DNA of 64,000 nucleotides from Chitinophaga pinensis (GTDB taxonomy: Bacteria > Bacteroidota > Bacteroidia > AKYH767-A > OLB10): assembly GCA_943332105.1 (NCBI GenBank), contig CALQOD010000001.1:79014-143013 (forward strand), read 5' to 3'. Under the pieces are notes generated by a model. That model was not told the DNA's origin. It saw nothing but the letters and a program-made list of their open reading frames with translations, and did not search any database. Of this stretch, positions 51,522 through 61,697 are shown one piece after another. Both the position numbers and the translations under genes were made by a program. How positions within the stretch are numbered: position 1 is the stretch's first letter; each line of letters starts with the position of its first letter.

Positions 51522-53602
51522 GTTGTTTTCCAGATTCTAATAATTAATATTTCAGCTAAGAACGCTAGAAGCGCTATAATTATACAATACTTCCAAAGGG
51601 CTATGCCTTCTGAAAGCTGATTAATTTTCTTTGTGAGGCTACTACCCTGATCTTTGAAGAAAGAAAAATGAGTGAGATGGGCAGACTCCGCCATATTCTT
51701 TAACTCATCTTCATTTAAAAATTTCATTGTTGATTCTTTACGATTATAATTAAAAGAAAAAACAGCAAGTGTTGTATTAGCATTTATCAAATTATAATAA
51801 CCTGCGCGATTAAGCAAGCCATTAGTTGAAATCTGTGTCCCGCCATTAACAATTTTCATTTGAGGAACAATATCAATTTTATTATCATCATTAATTAAAT
51901 GTAATACATCATCACCTAAATTAAGATTTTCATTAATAAACAATTCGTCCTTCTCTCCGATAATAGCACTATTCTGAGGTAAATCCATACTTAAAATAGC
52001 CATTTTATAAAGGATTGGAACTATTAATGCATGCTGCGACAAATTGCAGAAAGAGCTGCTCAATGGTACCGTAAAGAGATACACTTTTCCTTTACCAACA
52101 ATGTAATCTGCTAGAAATGTTGCTCCCGATTCCAGTTTCATTAGTGTATTTCTGCCTGATGTAATAGAAGTATTTAATGAATAATATGCGTTAACAGAAG
52201 GTAAATCTAAATTTGTTTGATTTCTTGTTGATTGATCAAACACATCACTAAAAAGAACATTTTTATAATCGAGGCTCGACACCTTTTCCTTTGTGCGTTT
52301 CAATGAATAATAACTTTCGCCAACAATATCATTAAACGCTAGTGTATATGAATTTGCGTCAATTAGAGTATCTGGAAAACAAATTAATGTCCCTCCATTA
52401 TTCACAAATTTCTTCAATTCTGCTGATAAGCCACCAGAAACTTCTTTCAGTTGATTCAAGATTACAACCTGACTACTTTGCATAACAGAATAATCAACCT
52501 GATTTACTGGAACAGCTGTATACTTAAAAAATGGATCAGTCGAAAATAGCGCTTTTAAATGCGGGCCTACATTATTTCCATCAAGCGAAAAAACATTTAA
52601 ATTCTCTTTTACCTCGAATGATAAATAATAATCATCATCAAAAATGATAGGTTGATCTGTTATAGAAATTTTCATTTTTTGCCAACCGGGCTCTGATATT
52701 GTAAAACTCATTTTAACAACAGCAGAATTATTAGCAGCTACAGCACAAGAAGCAACAGCGCGTTGTGTTCCATTAATTTTTAAAGTTACTGGAACATTAT
52801 TTAAATTATTTTTTCCGCTATTTGATAAACGAACTACTAACTCTATCGTCTTGTTTAGTTGAACAACAGGACTTTCAATCCAACATGAATCAATAAAAGC
52901 ATTTGAAGTACTTTGAACTGGCAACTCAACAAAATTAATGTGCGCCAAAGAATCAATTTTTATTTGATCAATATCGGTTGTTGTCTCTTGAAAATCCGAA
53001 ATTAAGTACAATTCTTTTTCCTCGGTAGCTTGTGAGTTAAATGCATCTAGCTGTCGTGAAATAATCTGAGAAATAGTTTTAGATATTGTAGAAACTTTAA
53101 TTCGATCAATCTCATCGATAAACTCATCTTTTGTTAATTGTCGCTGGTGCACCGCAAGGAAATCATTGGTAAGCAATTGAAATCTTGATGATGAAGGATA
53201 TGCATTAGCAATTTCAACGGCCTTTTTCTTGGCAACTTCCAGCAAAGCTCCTTCTTTACTTACCCCTTCCATGCTGAATGAATTATCTACAAACACAGAA
53301 ATATTTTTCTGATTTTTTAATCTATTTTGATGAGCAAGTGGAATTACGGGCTTAGTAAAGGCAAGAATCAAGAATATAATGGCAAGCAGGCGACATAATA
53401 AAATCAATAAATGTTTCAGCTTATTAAGCTTAGTGGTTTCCTCTTTAATCTCTTGTAAAAAACGAACATTTGTGAAATCTATCCTTTTAAACCTACGGAA
53501 ATTAAATAAATGAATTAAGATGGGTATAGCTAAAAAAATAAGTCCTGCGAAAAAACCGGGAGCAAGAAACTGTATTGATAGTGGCATCATTTCAAGGGGC
53601 AA
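51518..53602 (-). CDS. BatA-domain membrane protein (long form, aerotolerance BatA N-terminal domain + extended periplasmic region)
   Basis: N-terminal double-TM BatA-like region (FLAPGFFAGLIFLAIPILIHLFNFRRFKR...LLILLCRLLAIIFLILAF), 694 aa, and a C-terminal TM segment. Confidence 0.55.
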   Translation of the reverse strand: MPLEMMPLSIQFLAPGFFAGLIFLAIPILIHLFNFRRFKRIDFTNVRFLQEIKEETTKLNKLKHLLILLCRLLAIIFLILAFTKPVIPLAHQNRLKNQKNISVFVDNSFSMEGVSKEGALLEVAKKKAVEIANAYPSSSRFQLLTNDFLAVHQRQLTKDEFIDEIDRIKVSTISKTISQIISRQLDAFNSQATEEKELYLISDFQETTTDIDQIKIDSLAHINFVELPVQSTSNAFIDSCWIESPVVQLNKTIELVVRLSNSGKNNLNNVPVTLKINGTQRAVASCAVAANNSAVVKMSFTISEPGWQKMKISITDQPIIFDDDYYLSFEVKENLNVFSLDGNNVGPHLKALFSTDPFFKYTAVPVNQVDYSVMQSSQVVILNQLKEVSGGLSAELKKFVNNGGTLICFPDTLIDANSYTLAFNDIVGESYYSLKRTKEKVSSLDYKNVLFSDVFDQSTRNQTNLDLPSVNAYYSLNTSITSGRNTLMKLESGATFLADYIVGKGKVYLFTVPLSSSFCNLSQHALIVPILYKMAILSMDLPQNSAIIGEKDELFINENLNLGDDVLHLINDDNKIDIVPQMKIVNGGTQISTNGLLNRAGYYNLINANTTLAVFSFNYNRKESTMKFLNEDELKNMAESAHLTHFSFFKDQGSSLTKKINQLSEGIALWKYCIIIALLAFLAEILIIRIWKTT

Positions 53603-53639
53603 ATTTAATCAAAAGTTAAATAAAATGACCCAAAATGGC

Positions 53640-54062
53640 TTATTTCTTTTTAGTTATTGTTTTGCCTTTGTCCTGAGCTGGATCAGAAACTTTTTTATCG
53701 ATGTTTGGTTTCTTATTTGAAATTTTTTTTTCGATTGGTTTAATTTCACTTTTGGGCTTTGCAATTACGACCTTTATTATTTTAGCTGTATCCGATTTAG
53801 GATTAACAATTGAGTCTTTAATTGTATGCTGAACAGAATCCTTTTTAAGCATTGAATCTATTTTGTGAGCCTCAAAATTAATATTGCTAAGTGCATTATT
53901 TCTAGTTTCACTCGCCTGCTGAGCAGCTCTAATCATTGCATCAGCAGCAGCTACTGAGTCGCGATGACGTTGCATTTCAGCGGCCTTTTCCTCTTCACTA
54001 AAGCTACAAGAAACAATTAAAAATGGCAGGATAATTCTTAAAGATTGTAAATACTTCTTCAT
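53640..54062 (-). CDS. Hypothetical lipoprotein with Lys-rich C-terminus
   Basis: Lipobox LIVSCSF. No conserved domain recognised. Confidence 0.4.
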   Translation of the reverse strand: MKKYLQSLRIILPFLIVSCSFSEEEKAAEMQRHRDSVAAADAMIRAAQQASETRNNALSNINFEAHKIDSMLKKDSVQHTIKDSIVNPKSDTAKIIKVVIAKPKSEIKPIEKKISNKKPNIDKKVSDPAQDKGKTITKKK

Positions 54063-54086
54063 CCTTCGAAAGTATAAAAATTTACT

Positions 54087-54515
54087 TTATGTTATTTGAA
54101 TTTCAAAATCTTGAAAATCGAACCCAGGGTTTACATGACATGCCGCCAGGCAATACTCGAATTCAGGGTTAACGCGCGTATAAAACCAAACACCTGCTTT
54201 TACAACATGCTGATAAACTTGTCCATTTTCTAAGTCGGAACCTAATTGAATTATGCGTTCGGTTCCATCATTATTTAATTCTACAATTTCACAATTACTA
54301 CCATCTTGATAGAACCAGATTTCATCACTTTTAATGCGATGCGGAAGCGTTGCCTGACCACCCTTCATGAGGAAGAAAATGGAGGTTCCAATATTTCTTT
54401 TGCCTTCAAATCCGTCAAAATTCAATTCCATTTCAGACCTATAAGTCTCTTTGTAAAAACCTCCTTCGGGATGAGGAATCAAGTTTAATTTATCAATTAA
54501 TTGCTGTGATCTCAT
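54087..54515 (-). CDS. Cupin-domain protein (DUF985-like)
   Basis: 142 aa with the N-terminal motif LIPHPEGGFYKETYRS and C-terminal motif ACHVNPGFDFQDFEI, typical of DUF985 cupins. Confidence 0.65.
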   Translation of the reverse strand: MRSQQLIDKLNLIPHPEGGFYKETYRSEMELNFDGFEGKRNIGTSIFFLMKGGQATLPHRIKSDEIWFYQDGSNCEIVELNNDGTERIIQLGSDLENGQVYQHVVKAGVWFYTRVNPEFEYCLAACHVNPGFDFQDFEIQIT

Positions 54516-54601
54516 ATTTATTTTTTTTCAAAATTAAGATTTCCTACAATAACTACTGCATGAAAATTAGATTGTTCGTCAATCATAACTAAATTTGCAT
54601 T

Positions 54602-56488
54602 ATGAATCAATCGAATTTTAACTTCTACAAGGCGCTATGTGCCAAAGTAATGTTATTGCTATTGATTTATTTTTTCCTACGATCTTTATTCCTATTTACC
54701 TACCCACAAACTTCAGGTAATAATTTATTTATCGATTTTCTTTATGGGCTGCGGTTCGATATAAGTGCTGTTTGTTTCTTACTTGCGCCTTATCTGATTC
54801 TTAATGCATTTCCAACCCCTCTTTCAAATAAAAAATGGTATGTTGTTTTAACTGATTTTTATTTCTTTCTTGTTGTATTTATCAGTTCACTCTTAAATTT
54901 AATCGATACCGCATGGTTTGAGTATACTGGTAAAAGGACGACCTCAGACTTTTTCAGTTTGATAAGCTTAGGTGACGATATAAGTAATAATCTCGGTAAT
55001 TATTTAATTAACTACTGGTATTTACTATTTATCTTAATTGCAATTTTATTTATTACGATTTTAATCAATAAAAAAATAGCGGCGAAATATTTGAGCAACA
55101 CTGATTTATTGCTGCCAAACTTTATTCAGCGCTTCGTAATCTTTATTTTTATTATTGGAATTTCATTTATTGGATTTAGAGGAGGGTTGCAATTACGACC
55201 AATAAGTATTCAAAGTGCTGTTTATGGTGTAAACCCAAATGAAGTACCATTAATTCTAAACACTCCATTTGCAATCATTAAATCTTTTCGGGACGAGCCT
55301 ATTCCATCTGTGAAATACTTAGGAGATAAAGACGCTAAAAAGTTATTTAACTACAATAAATCTTACCAAGACAGTTTGCCATTTAAAAAACTAAATGTTG
55401 TAGTTCTCGTTATGGAAAGTTTCTCGAAACATCTAATTGGAGCTTTTACAAATAATATAAGTTACACACCTTTCCTCGACTCATTATCAAAGGAAAGTTT
55501 GATTTGTACAAATGCCTATGCAAATGGGAAGCGATCAATAGAAGGAATACCAGCGATTATCAGTTCTATCCCGCATTTAACCAATGAGCCTTTTATTACT
55601 GGAGCTTATAATGTAAATCGAATAAATTCTTTTGCATCAATACTTGGAAAATCAGGTTATGAAACAGCATTTTTTCATGGAGGCTATAATGGCACTATGG
55701 GTTTTGCTGATTTCAGTAAAATAGCTGGCTATACCAAATATTATGGCAAAAATGAATATAAAGGAAACTCTGAAGATGATGATGGAAGATGGGGTATTTA
55801 TGATGATTCATTCTTAGAATTTATGAATCATAAAATCGATGATATGCGTACACCATTTCATGTTGCCTTTTTCTCGCTATCCTCGCACGAACCTTATATA
55901 ATTCCAAATAAATTCAAAAGCAAATTTCCAAAATACAAGGAGGAATATCAAAAGAGTGTCAGATATGCTGATTACTCACTTTCGTTATTTTTTAAAAATG
56001 CATCTACAAAAAAATGGTTTAGTAATACCCTGTTTATTATAGTAGCTGATCATACCGGGCCATCAAGTGGAGATTTCTATACAAACAATATTGGACAACT
56101 CGCAATTCCCATTATTTATTATTGCCCTGGATTAAACTTAAAAGGTCAATATAATGGCACTACACAGCAAACCGATATTCTTCCAACTACCTTAGCACTA
56201 CTAAATTACTCAGGACAATTTAGTGCTTTTGGAAATTCAATATTTGATAAAAATAATTCGTTTAACATTAGTTATGGCAACGGAATTTGGCAACTAATAA
56301 ATGATAAAAGCCTAGTCCAATTTGATGGTGAAAAAACAACAGGAATTTATAATTTATCAAATGATAGTTTATTAAAAAATAATTTAGCTGCTCCTACAGC
56401 CAACATCAATAACAACGAGCTTTTATTAAAAGCATTTTTACAAGAATTCAGAACTGCTATGTTAACTAATACTATTTGCAAGCCATGA
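54602..56488 (+). CDS. LTA-synthase/phosphoglycerol-transferase-like sulfatase-family membrane protein
   Basis: Five N-terminal TM helices plus an alkaline-phosphatase-superfamily domain with a metal-binding motif (VVLVMESFS) and HGGYNGTMGF. Confidence 0.7.
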   Translation: MNQSNFNFYKALCAKVMLLLLIYFFLRSLFLFTYPQTSGNNLFIDFLYGLRFDISAVCFLLAPYLILNAFPTPLSNKKWYVVLTDFYFFLVVFISSLLNLIDTAWFEYTGKRTTSDFFSLISLGDDISNNLGNYLINYWYLLFILIAILFITILINKKIAAKYLSNTDLLLPNFIQRFVIFIFIIGISFIGFRGGLQLRPISIQSAVYGVNPNEVPLILNTPFAIIKSFRDEPIPSVKYLGDKDAKKLFNYNKSYQDSLPFKKLNVVVLVMESFSKHLIGAFTNNISYTPFLDSLSKESLICTNAYANGKRSIEGIPAIISSIPHLTNEPFITGAYNVNRINSFASILGKSGYETAFFHGGYNGTMGFADFSKIAGYTKYYGKNEYKGNSEDDDGRWGIYDDSFLEFMNHKIDDMRTPFHVAFFSLSSHEPYIIPNKFKSKFPKYKEEYQKSVRYADYSLSLFFKNASTKKWFSNTLFIIVADHTGPSSGDFYTNNIGQLAIPIIYYCPGLNLKGQYNGTTQQTDILPTTLALLNYSGQFSAFGNSIFDKNNSFNISYGNGIWQLINDKSLVQFDGEKTTGIYNLSNDSLLKNNLAAPTANINNNELLLKAFLQEFRTAMLTNTICKP

Positions 56489-57357
56489 TGAAAGCCATTG
56501 TTATTTATAATCCTATTTCAGGAAAAGGCGCAGGAGAATTTGTAGCAAGTATAATTTCCAAATCTGAATTAAATAAAAAATTTGAATTAACATTTTCGCA
56601 AACAAATTATAACGGACATGCTAAAGAAATTGCTATAGAGGCATTAGAAAATGGTATTCGTTACATCATAGCCGTTGGTGGTGACGGCACCATCAATGAA
56701 ATAGGTTCAGTACTAAAAAATACCAATGCCGTAATGGGAATCATTCCTATCGGTTCTGGGAATGGCTTAGCCAAACATTTAGGAATGAGCACTAGAATTG
56801 AAATTGCAATTAATCAGCTAGCAGATGCTAAAGAAAGCAAAATAGATACACTCACCATTAACAACCGATTTGCAATTAACGTTTCAGGATTTGGCTTTGA
56901 CGGATATGTTGCATATCGTTTTAATCACCATGGAAAAAGAGGTATTTCAACTTATACAAAAATCGGATTAACAGAATATTTTAAGTATCCGATACAAGAA
57001 TTTGAACTTACTATTGACGATAAAACAACGATAGTAAAAAAACACATGCTTGTAATTGCAAATGCAAGTCAGTTTGGTAACGCAGCTATCATTGCACCTA
57101 GCGCCGACTTAACGGATGGTATACTTGAATTAGTTGCTGTTGAGTTACCGCCTGTATTAAAAATAGCAGGTGTTTTATTTCGATTGTTTTCAGGAAAGCT
57201 AAAGGATAATCGATTTATACAAACATATAAGTGTAATTCTTTTACGGCCACATCAAAAAGTGTAGTCCATTTACATATTGACGGAGAGTCAATGGAACCC
57301 GTGAACAAAATCCAGGTAAAAATTGAGCCCTTATCATTAAATATATTAATTCCTTAA
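56476..57357 (+). CDS. Diacylglycerol/lipid kinase family (YegS/DAGK_cat)
   Basis: IYNPISGKG...IAVGGDGTINE, the DAGK catalytic motif. Confidence 0.75.
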   Translation: MQAMMKAIVIYNPISGKGAGEFVASIISKSELNKKFELTFSQTNYNGHAKEIAIEALENGIRYIIAVGGDGTINEIGSVLKNTNAVMGIIPIGSGNGLAKHLGMSTRIEIAINQLADAKESKIDTLTINNRFAINVSGFGFDGYVAYRFNHHGKRGISTYTKIGLTEYFKYPIQEFELTIDDKTTIVKKHMLVIANASQFGNAAIIAPSADLTDGILELVAVELPPVLKIAGVLFRLFSGKLKDNRFIQTYKCNSFTATSKSVVHLHIDGESMEPVNKIQVKIEPLSLNILIP

Positions 57358-57358
57358 A

Positions 57359-57955
57359 ATGATAAATAGAGATTACTGGCAGAACAGATATCAAGCAAAA
57401 GAAACAAGTTGGGATGCAGGTGAAATTACAACGCCAATTAAGGAATATGTTGATCAGTTAAGTGATAAATCAATTACTATTTTGATTCCTGGTTGCGGAA
57501 ACGCACATGAAGCAGCTTATTTATGGAAACAGGGATTTAAAAATATTTTTATTTTGGATTATGTAGCTGAACCCTTAAATAATTTCAGCAAACAATTCCC
57601 TGATTTTCCAAAAGATCATCTGCTTTTAAAAGACTTTTTTGAATTAAACGAAAAATTTGATTTAATCATTGAACAAACATTTTTTTGTGCATTATACCCT
57701 AATTTAAGAACAGATTATGTTAAAAAAATGTATTCATTATTGAACCCTTTAGGAAAACTAGTTGGTGTTTTATTTAAAAATAATTTTGAAAAAGAAGGGC
57801 CACCATTTGGTGGTAACGAAACAGAATACAAGCAATTGCTGAATAATTTTTTTAAAATCAAATCGATGGGAGAATGTTACAACTCAATTCCAGCTCGTAA
57901 AGACAATGAATTTTTCATTATTTGCATTTCCAAAAACTTAGAAAATAATCACTAA
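57359..57955 (+). CDS. Thiopurine S-methyltransferase (TPMT)-family SAM-dependent methyltransferase
   Basis: WQNRYQAKETSWDAGEITTP...LIPGCGNAHEAAYL, the TPMT N-terminal signature and motif I. Confidence 0.65.
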   Translation: MINRDYWQNRYQAKETSWDAGEITTPIKEYVDQLSDKSITILIPGCGNAHEAAYLWKQGFKNIFILDYVAEPLNNFSKQFPDFPKDHLLLKDFFELNEKFDLIIEQTFFCALYPNLRTDYVKKMYSLLNPLGKLVGVLFKNNFEKEGPPFGGNETEYKQLLNNFFKIKSMGECYNSIPARKDNEFFIICISKNLENNH

Positions 57956-57964
57956 ATTCGTGGA

Positions 57965-58519
57965 GTGTTATTCATTAGATTATTATTTATCATTTTAATT
58001 GTTTCCATTCAAACGGGCTACGGTCAGCAATTAGCCACAGACGAGTATGGAGATAGTTACTATTGTTATCAAAACGGATATTACTCACAGGTATTTGGAT
58101 TTCAGGTGCCAGACAAATTCAATTCGAAGCTTTATGATACACTAGAAGCTTGGTTGGGAACACCCTATCGCGCCGCGGGTATGTCGCAATTAGGAGTAGA
58201 TTGTTCAGGCTTTGTAACTTGCATGTACAATTATGTTTATGGATTAAAATTGACTGGAAGAAGATGCTCTGATATTTACAAAGAAGTTGAAAAAGTTGAC
58301 AAATCAGAATTAAAAGAGGGAGATATTGTTTTTTTCAAGATTCAACATAAAGAAGTTTCGCACGTTGGATTATATCTAGGGAATGATAAGTTTATACATT
58401 CCAGCACTTCTAACGGAGTAATCGTAAGTGATTTAAAAGAAGAATATTATAAAAAGTATTTTTGGGGTGGCGGTCGATTATCCTCTTTCGTAACAATTAC
58501 AGAATATCAAGAACAATAA
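57965..58519 (+). CDS. NlpC/P60 (C40) family peptidase
   Basis: Signal peptide. Catalytic Cys (GVDCSGFV) and His (SHVGLYLGNDKFIHSS). Confidence 0.8.
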   Translation: MLFIRLLFIILIVSIQTGYGQQLATDEYGDSYYCYQNGYYSQVFGFQVPDKFNSKLYDTLEAWLGTPYRAAGMSQLGVDCSGFVTCMYNYVYGLKLTGRRCSDIYKEVEKVDKSELKEGDIVFFKIQHKEVSHVGLYLGNDKFIHSSTSNGVIVSDLKEEYYKKYFWGGGRLSSFVTITEYQEQ

Positions 58520-58520
58520 A

Positions 58521-59024
58521 ATGAATCAATCAAATTTAATTTTAGATGCTATTCAAATAAAGCAGCGAATAGACAGAATTGCTTATCAGATTTATGAAGA
58601 TTCAAGTAATGAAAAAGAGTTAATAATTGCGGGAATATCCAACAGCGGCTATCGCTTTGCAATTTTACTTAATGAAGTACTCAAATCAATTTGTCCAATA
58701 CCAACTCAACTAATTGAAATCACTTTAGATAAAAACAATCCCACCGTTTTCAAGCTAAATCCTAATATTCCTATCAGTGATTTTAAAAACAAAACAATTA
58801 TAATAGTTGATGATGTTTTAAATTCTGGAAAGACCCTTATGTATAGTTTAAAACCTTTTTTAGAGGGAGATGTTAAAAAAATAAGAACCGTATTATTGGT
58901 TAACAGAGATCACAAAAGATATCCTGTTGAGGCGGACTTTGTTGGGATAACGCTAAGCACTACTTTGCAGGAGCATATACGCGTTGATTTAACTGCTGGC
59001 GCAGAAGCAGTTTATCTTGAATAA
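58521..59024 (+). CDS. Phosphoribosyltransferase-family protein
   Basis: PRPP-binding motif IIIVDDVLNSGKTL. Length 167 aa. Confidence 0.65.
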   Translation: MNQSNLILDAIQIKQRIDRIAYQIYEDSSNEKELIIAGISNSGYRFAILLNEVLKSICPIPTQLIEITLDKNNPTVFKLNPNIPISDFKNKTIIIVDDVLNSGKTLMYSLKPFLEGDVKKIRTVLLVNRDHKRYPVEADFVGITLSTTLQEHIRVDLTAGAEAVYLE

Positions 59025-59095
59025 TATTCGTTAATGATTTGTTAATGGCTCATTGGTTTAATCTCAAATAATTTAATTTGCAAAAAAATTAGCTG

Positions 59096-60931
59096 ATGTA
59101 CTGCAATTATCTAAGACAAGTATTACTTTCATTATTTTTCTTGATTTGCTTTACAGGTAATGCACAAAATGCATTTCTATCTGGTACTGCATCTCGATCA
59201 ACTGTCAGTGTTGGAGAACAATTCCAATTAACATTTACACTAAACTGTGAAGGACAAAATTTTCGCTCACCAGACCTAAGTAGCTTTAATGTATTAAGTG
59301 GTCCAAATAGAAGCAGTAGTATAAGTATTGTAAATAACTCCTATTCACAGTCTTTATCATTTACATTTTATTTACAAGCTAAGGCGGAAGGTAATTTAAA
59401 AATAGGTCCTGCTTCAATTGATGTACAAGGAAAGAAGATAAACTCTAATATTATTAACCTAACAATTGTAAAAGGGAATCCGCAGCAAAATAACAGTCAA
59501 AATAACACAGGACAAGATAACAATCAGTCTAATGGTATCAATGATAAAAATTTATTTGTAAGAGCCATAATAAATAAGAGTTCTGTTTATGAGGGTGAAG
59601 CGTTAACAGTTACTTTTAAAATATACACCAATATTCAAGTTAATAGCTACTCAGTTTCAAAAGCGCCAGCCTTTAACGGATTCTGGAATCAGGATATAGA
59701 AGTTCCTAATCCGCCTCCAATGACGATGGAAGTAGTTGATGGTATTCGTTACAACACCGCTGTTATTAAAAAAGCAGTATTATTTCCGCAACAATCAGGT
59801 GTATTGACCATAGATCCAATGGAACTAGAATGTATAGCAAGAATCAGAGTAAAAAGCCAGCGCATGGTGGATCCATTTGGTATGTTTAGCGATCCTTTTT
59901 TCAGTGATGCATTTGGAGGAGTACAAGATGTAAAGTACAATGCTAGAAGTCAACCAATAAAAATAAATGTAAGAGAATTACCTGGTACAGCTCCATCAAC
60001 ATTTAGCGGTGCTGTTGGTTCGTTAATGTTTGAAGCTAGTTTAGATAAAGCCATCACAAAAGAAAATGAACCAGTAAATCTTAAATTTAAAATATATGGA
60101 AGTGGGAATTTGAAGTTGGCAACTGCTCCTGATGTAGCCTTTCCTGAAGACTTAGAAACATACGACCCTAAAATTGGCGAGAATTATAAGGTAAATGATG
60201 CAGGTGTAAATGGCAGCAAGACCATTGAGTATTTAATTATTCCACGCCACGAAGGCGATTATGAAATACCAGCTGTGACATTCACCTATTTTGATTTAGT
60301 AAAACAGCAATATATATCAAAAGCTGCTGGCCCTTTTAAAATCAAAGTAGGCAAAGGAAGCGGTAATTCAAATGCGAGCAGTTCATCATCAAAGAAAGAT
60401 GTACAACTATTAGGAAGAGATATCCGATACCTAAAAACCGAAAAACAGTTATTCCCTTCTGATGGTGGATTGTTTTATGGCTCCTGGTTATTTTATTTAT
60501 TTAGCTTACTTCCGTTCATCGCTGTTGCTGGCGGAATTTATTACAAGCGCCAATCTGCATTCAACGCTGCCAATTCAATTTTAGTTAGAAGTAAAAAGGC
60601 AACATCATTTGCACAAAAAAGATTAACAGTTGCGGGGAAATTAATAAACGAAGGCAAACATGCGTTAGCATTTGAAGAAATATCAAAGGCATTATGGGGT
60701 TATGCAAGCGATAAACTAACGATACCAGTTTCTGAACTTTCCAAAGAAAATATTTCTGAACAATTAAAAAGCAAAAGCATAAATGATGATGCTATTGAAC
60801 GCTTCACTAATTGCATCGCCACTTGTGAGATGGCACAGTATGGCGGACTAGATATAACGACGCTATCAAACAAACAGTACCAGGACGCAATTCGGATTAT
60901 AACTGACATTGAAGGAGGAATGAAATCATGA
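59096..60931 (+). CDS. batD: BatD-family protein (aerotolerance operon component; secreted, C-terminal TM)
   Basis: Signal peptide and BatD-like conserved blocks (GEQFQLTFTLN, NGFWNQDIEV). Single TM near residues 460-480 (LFYLFSLLPFIAVAGGIYY). Confidence 0.6.
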   Translation: MYCNYLRQVLLSLFFLICFTGNAQNAFLSGTASRSTVSVGEQFQLTFTLNCEGQNFRSPDLSSFNVLSGPNRSSSISIVNNSYSQSLSFTFYLQAKAEGNLKIGPASIDVQGKKINSNIINLTIVKGNPQQNNSQNNTGQDNNQSNGINDKNLFVRAIINKSSVYEGEALTVTFKIYTNIQVNSYSVSKAPAFNGFWNQDIEVPNPPPMTMEVVDGIRYNTAVIKKAVLFPQQSGVLTIDPMELECIARIRVKSQRMVDPFGMFSDPFFSDAFGGVQDVKYNARSQPIKINVRELPGTAPSTFSGAVGSLMFEASLDKAITKENEPVNLKFKIYGSGNLKLATAPDVAFPEDLETYDPKIGENYKVNDAGVNGSKTIEYLIIPRHEGDYEIPAVTFTYFDLVKQQYISKAAGPFKIKVGKGSGNSNASSSSSKKDVQLLGRDIRYLKTEKQLFPSDGGLFYGSWLFYLFSLLPFIAVAGGIYYKRQSAFNAANSILVRSKKATSFAQKRLTVAGKLINEGKHALAFEEISKALWGYASDKLTIPVSELSKENISEQLKSKSINDDAIERFTNCIATCEMAQYGGLDITTLSNKQYQDAIRIITDIEGGMKS

Positions 60932-61695
60932 GAAATTATTTTTTAATAGTTGTAATAATTCTTAAATCTTGTTTTGTTACCATTGCAGCTAACGTGCTAA
61001 CTGCAGAACAGCAATACAACAAGGCGAGTAAATTGTATAAATCAGGTAACTATGCAGAAGCCATTATGCAATATCAGAATCTGGTTAATGATGGTAAAAG
61101 AAGCACTGCCTTGTTTTTCAATCTTGCAAACTGTTACTATAAAAATGGTGATTATGCCAAAGCGATTTTAAATTACGAAAGAGCAAAAAAGATTTCTCCT
61201 GCAGATGATGATATTGAATACAATTTAAAATTGGCTACTGCTAAAGCATCGGATAAAATTGATCCAATTCCACAGCTATTTTATGAAAAATGGTGGAGTA
61301 TTTTTATTACCACCGTCTCACCAACTGAATGGTCGGCATTTGCAATAATAACGCTATGGCTAGCCGCAGCTATATTTTTAATATACCTTTTTGCTGCTTC
61401 TGTAAGAAAGAAAAAGAAAAGCTTTTATGCAGCTTCCCTTACAATTGGAGTATCACTTTGCCTATTTCTAGTTGCAAGAGCTTCCAATGCATTAATTTAT
61501 CATTACTCTTATGCTATTATAATGGATAGCACAGCATATGCTAAGAGTGCACCTGATGAGAAAAGCACTAATCTGTTTTTATTGCACAACGGAACAAAAG
61601 TAGAAGTAATTGAAGAGCAATCCGGATGGAAAAAAATTAAAATCGCAAATGGCAATTCAGGCTGGATGATTAATGGAGCACTGGAAAATATTTAA
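60928..61695 (+). CDS. TPR + SH3-domain protein (BatE-like)
   Basis: TPR repeats (YNKASKLYKSGNYAEAIMQYQ, ANCYYKNGDYAKAILNYERA), a TM helix and a C-terminal SH3b-like segment (YAKSAPDEKST...SGWKKIKIANGNSGWM). Overlaps the batD stop by 4 nt. Confidence 0.6.
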   Translation: MRNYFLIVVIILKSCFVTIAANVLTAEQQYNKASKLYKSGNYAEAIMQYQNLVNDGKRSTALFFNLANCYYKNGDYAKAILNYERAKKISPADDDIEYNLKLATAKASDKIDPIPQLFYEKWWSIFITTVSPTEWSAFAIITLWLAAAIFLIYLFAASVRKKKKSFYAASLTIGVSLCLFLVARASNALIYHYSYAIIMDSTAYAKSAPDEKSTNLFLLHNGTKVEVIEEQSGWKKIKIANGNSGWMINGALENI

Positions 61696-61697
61696 GG

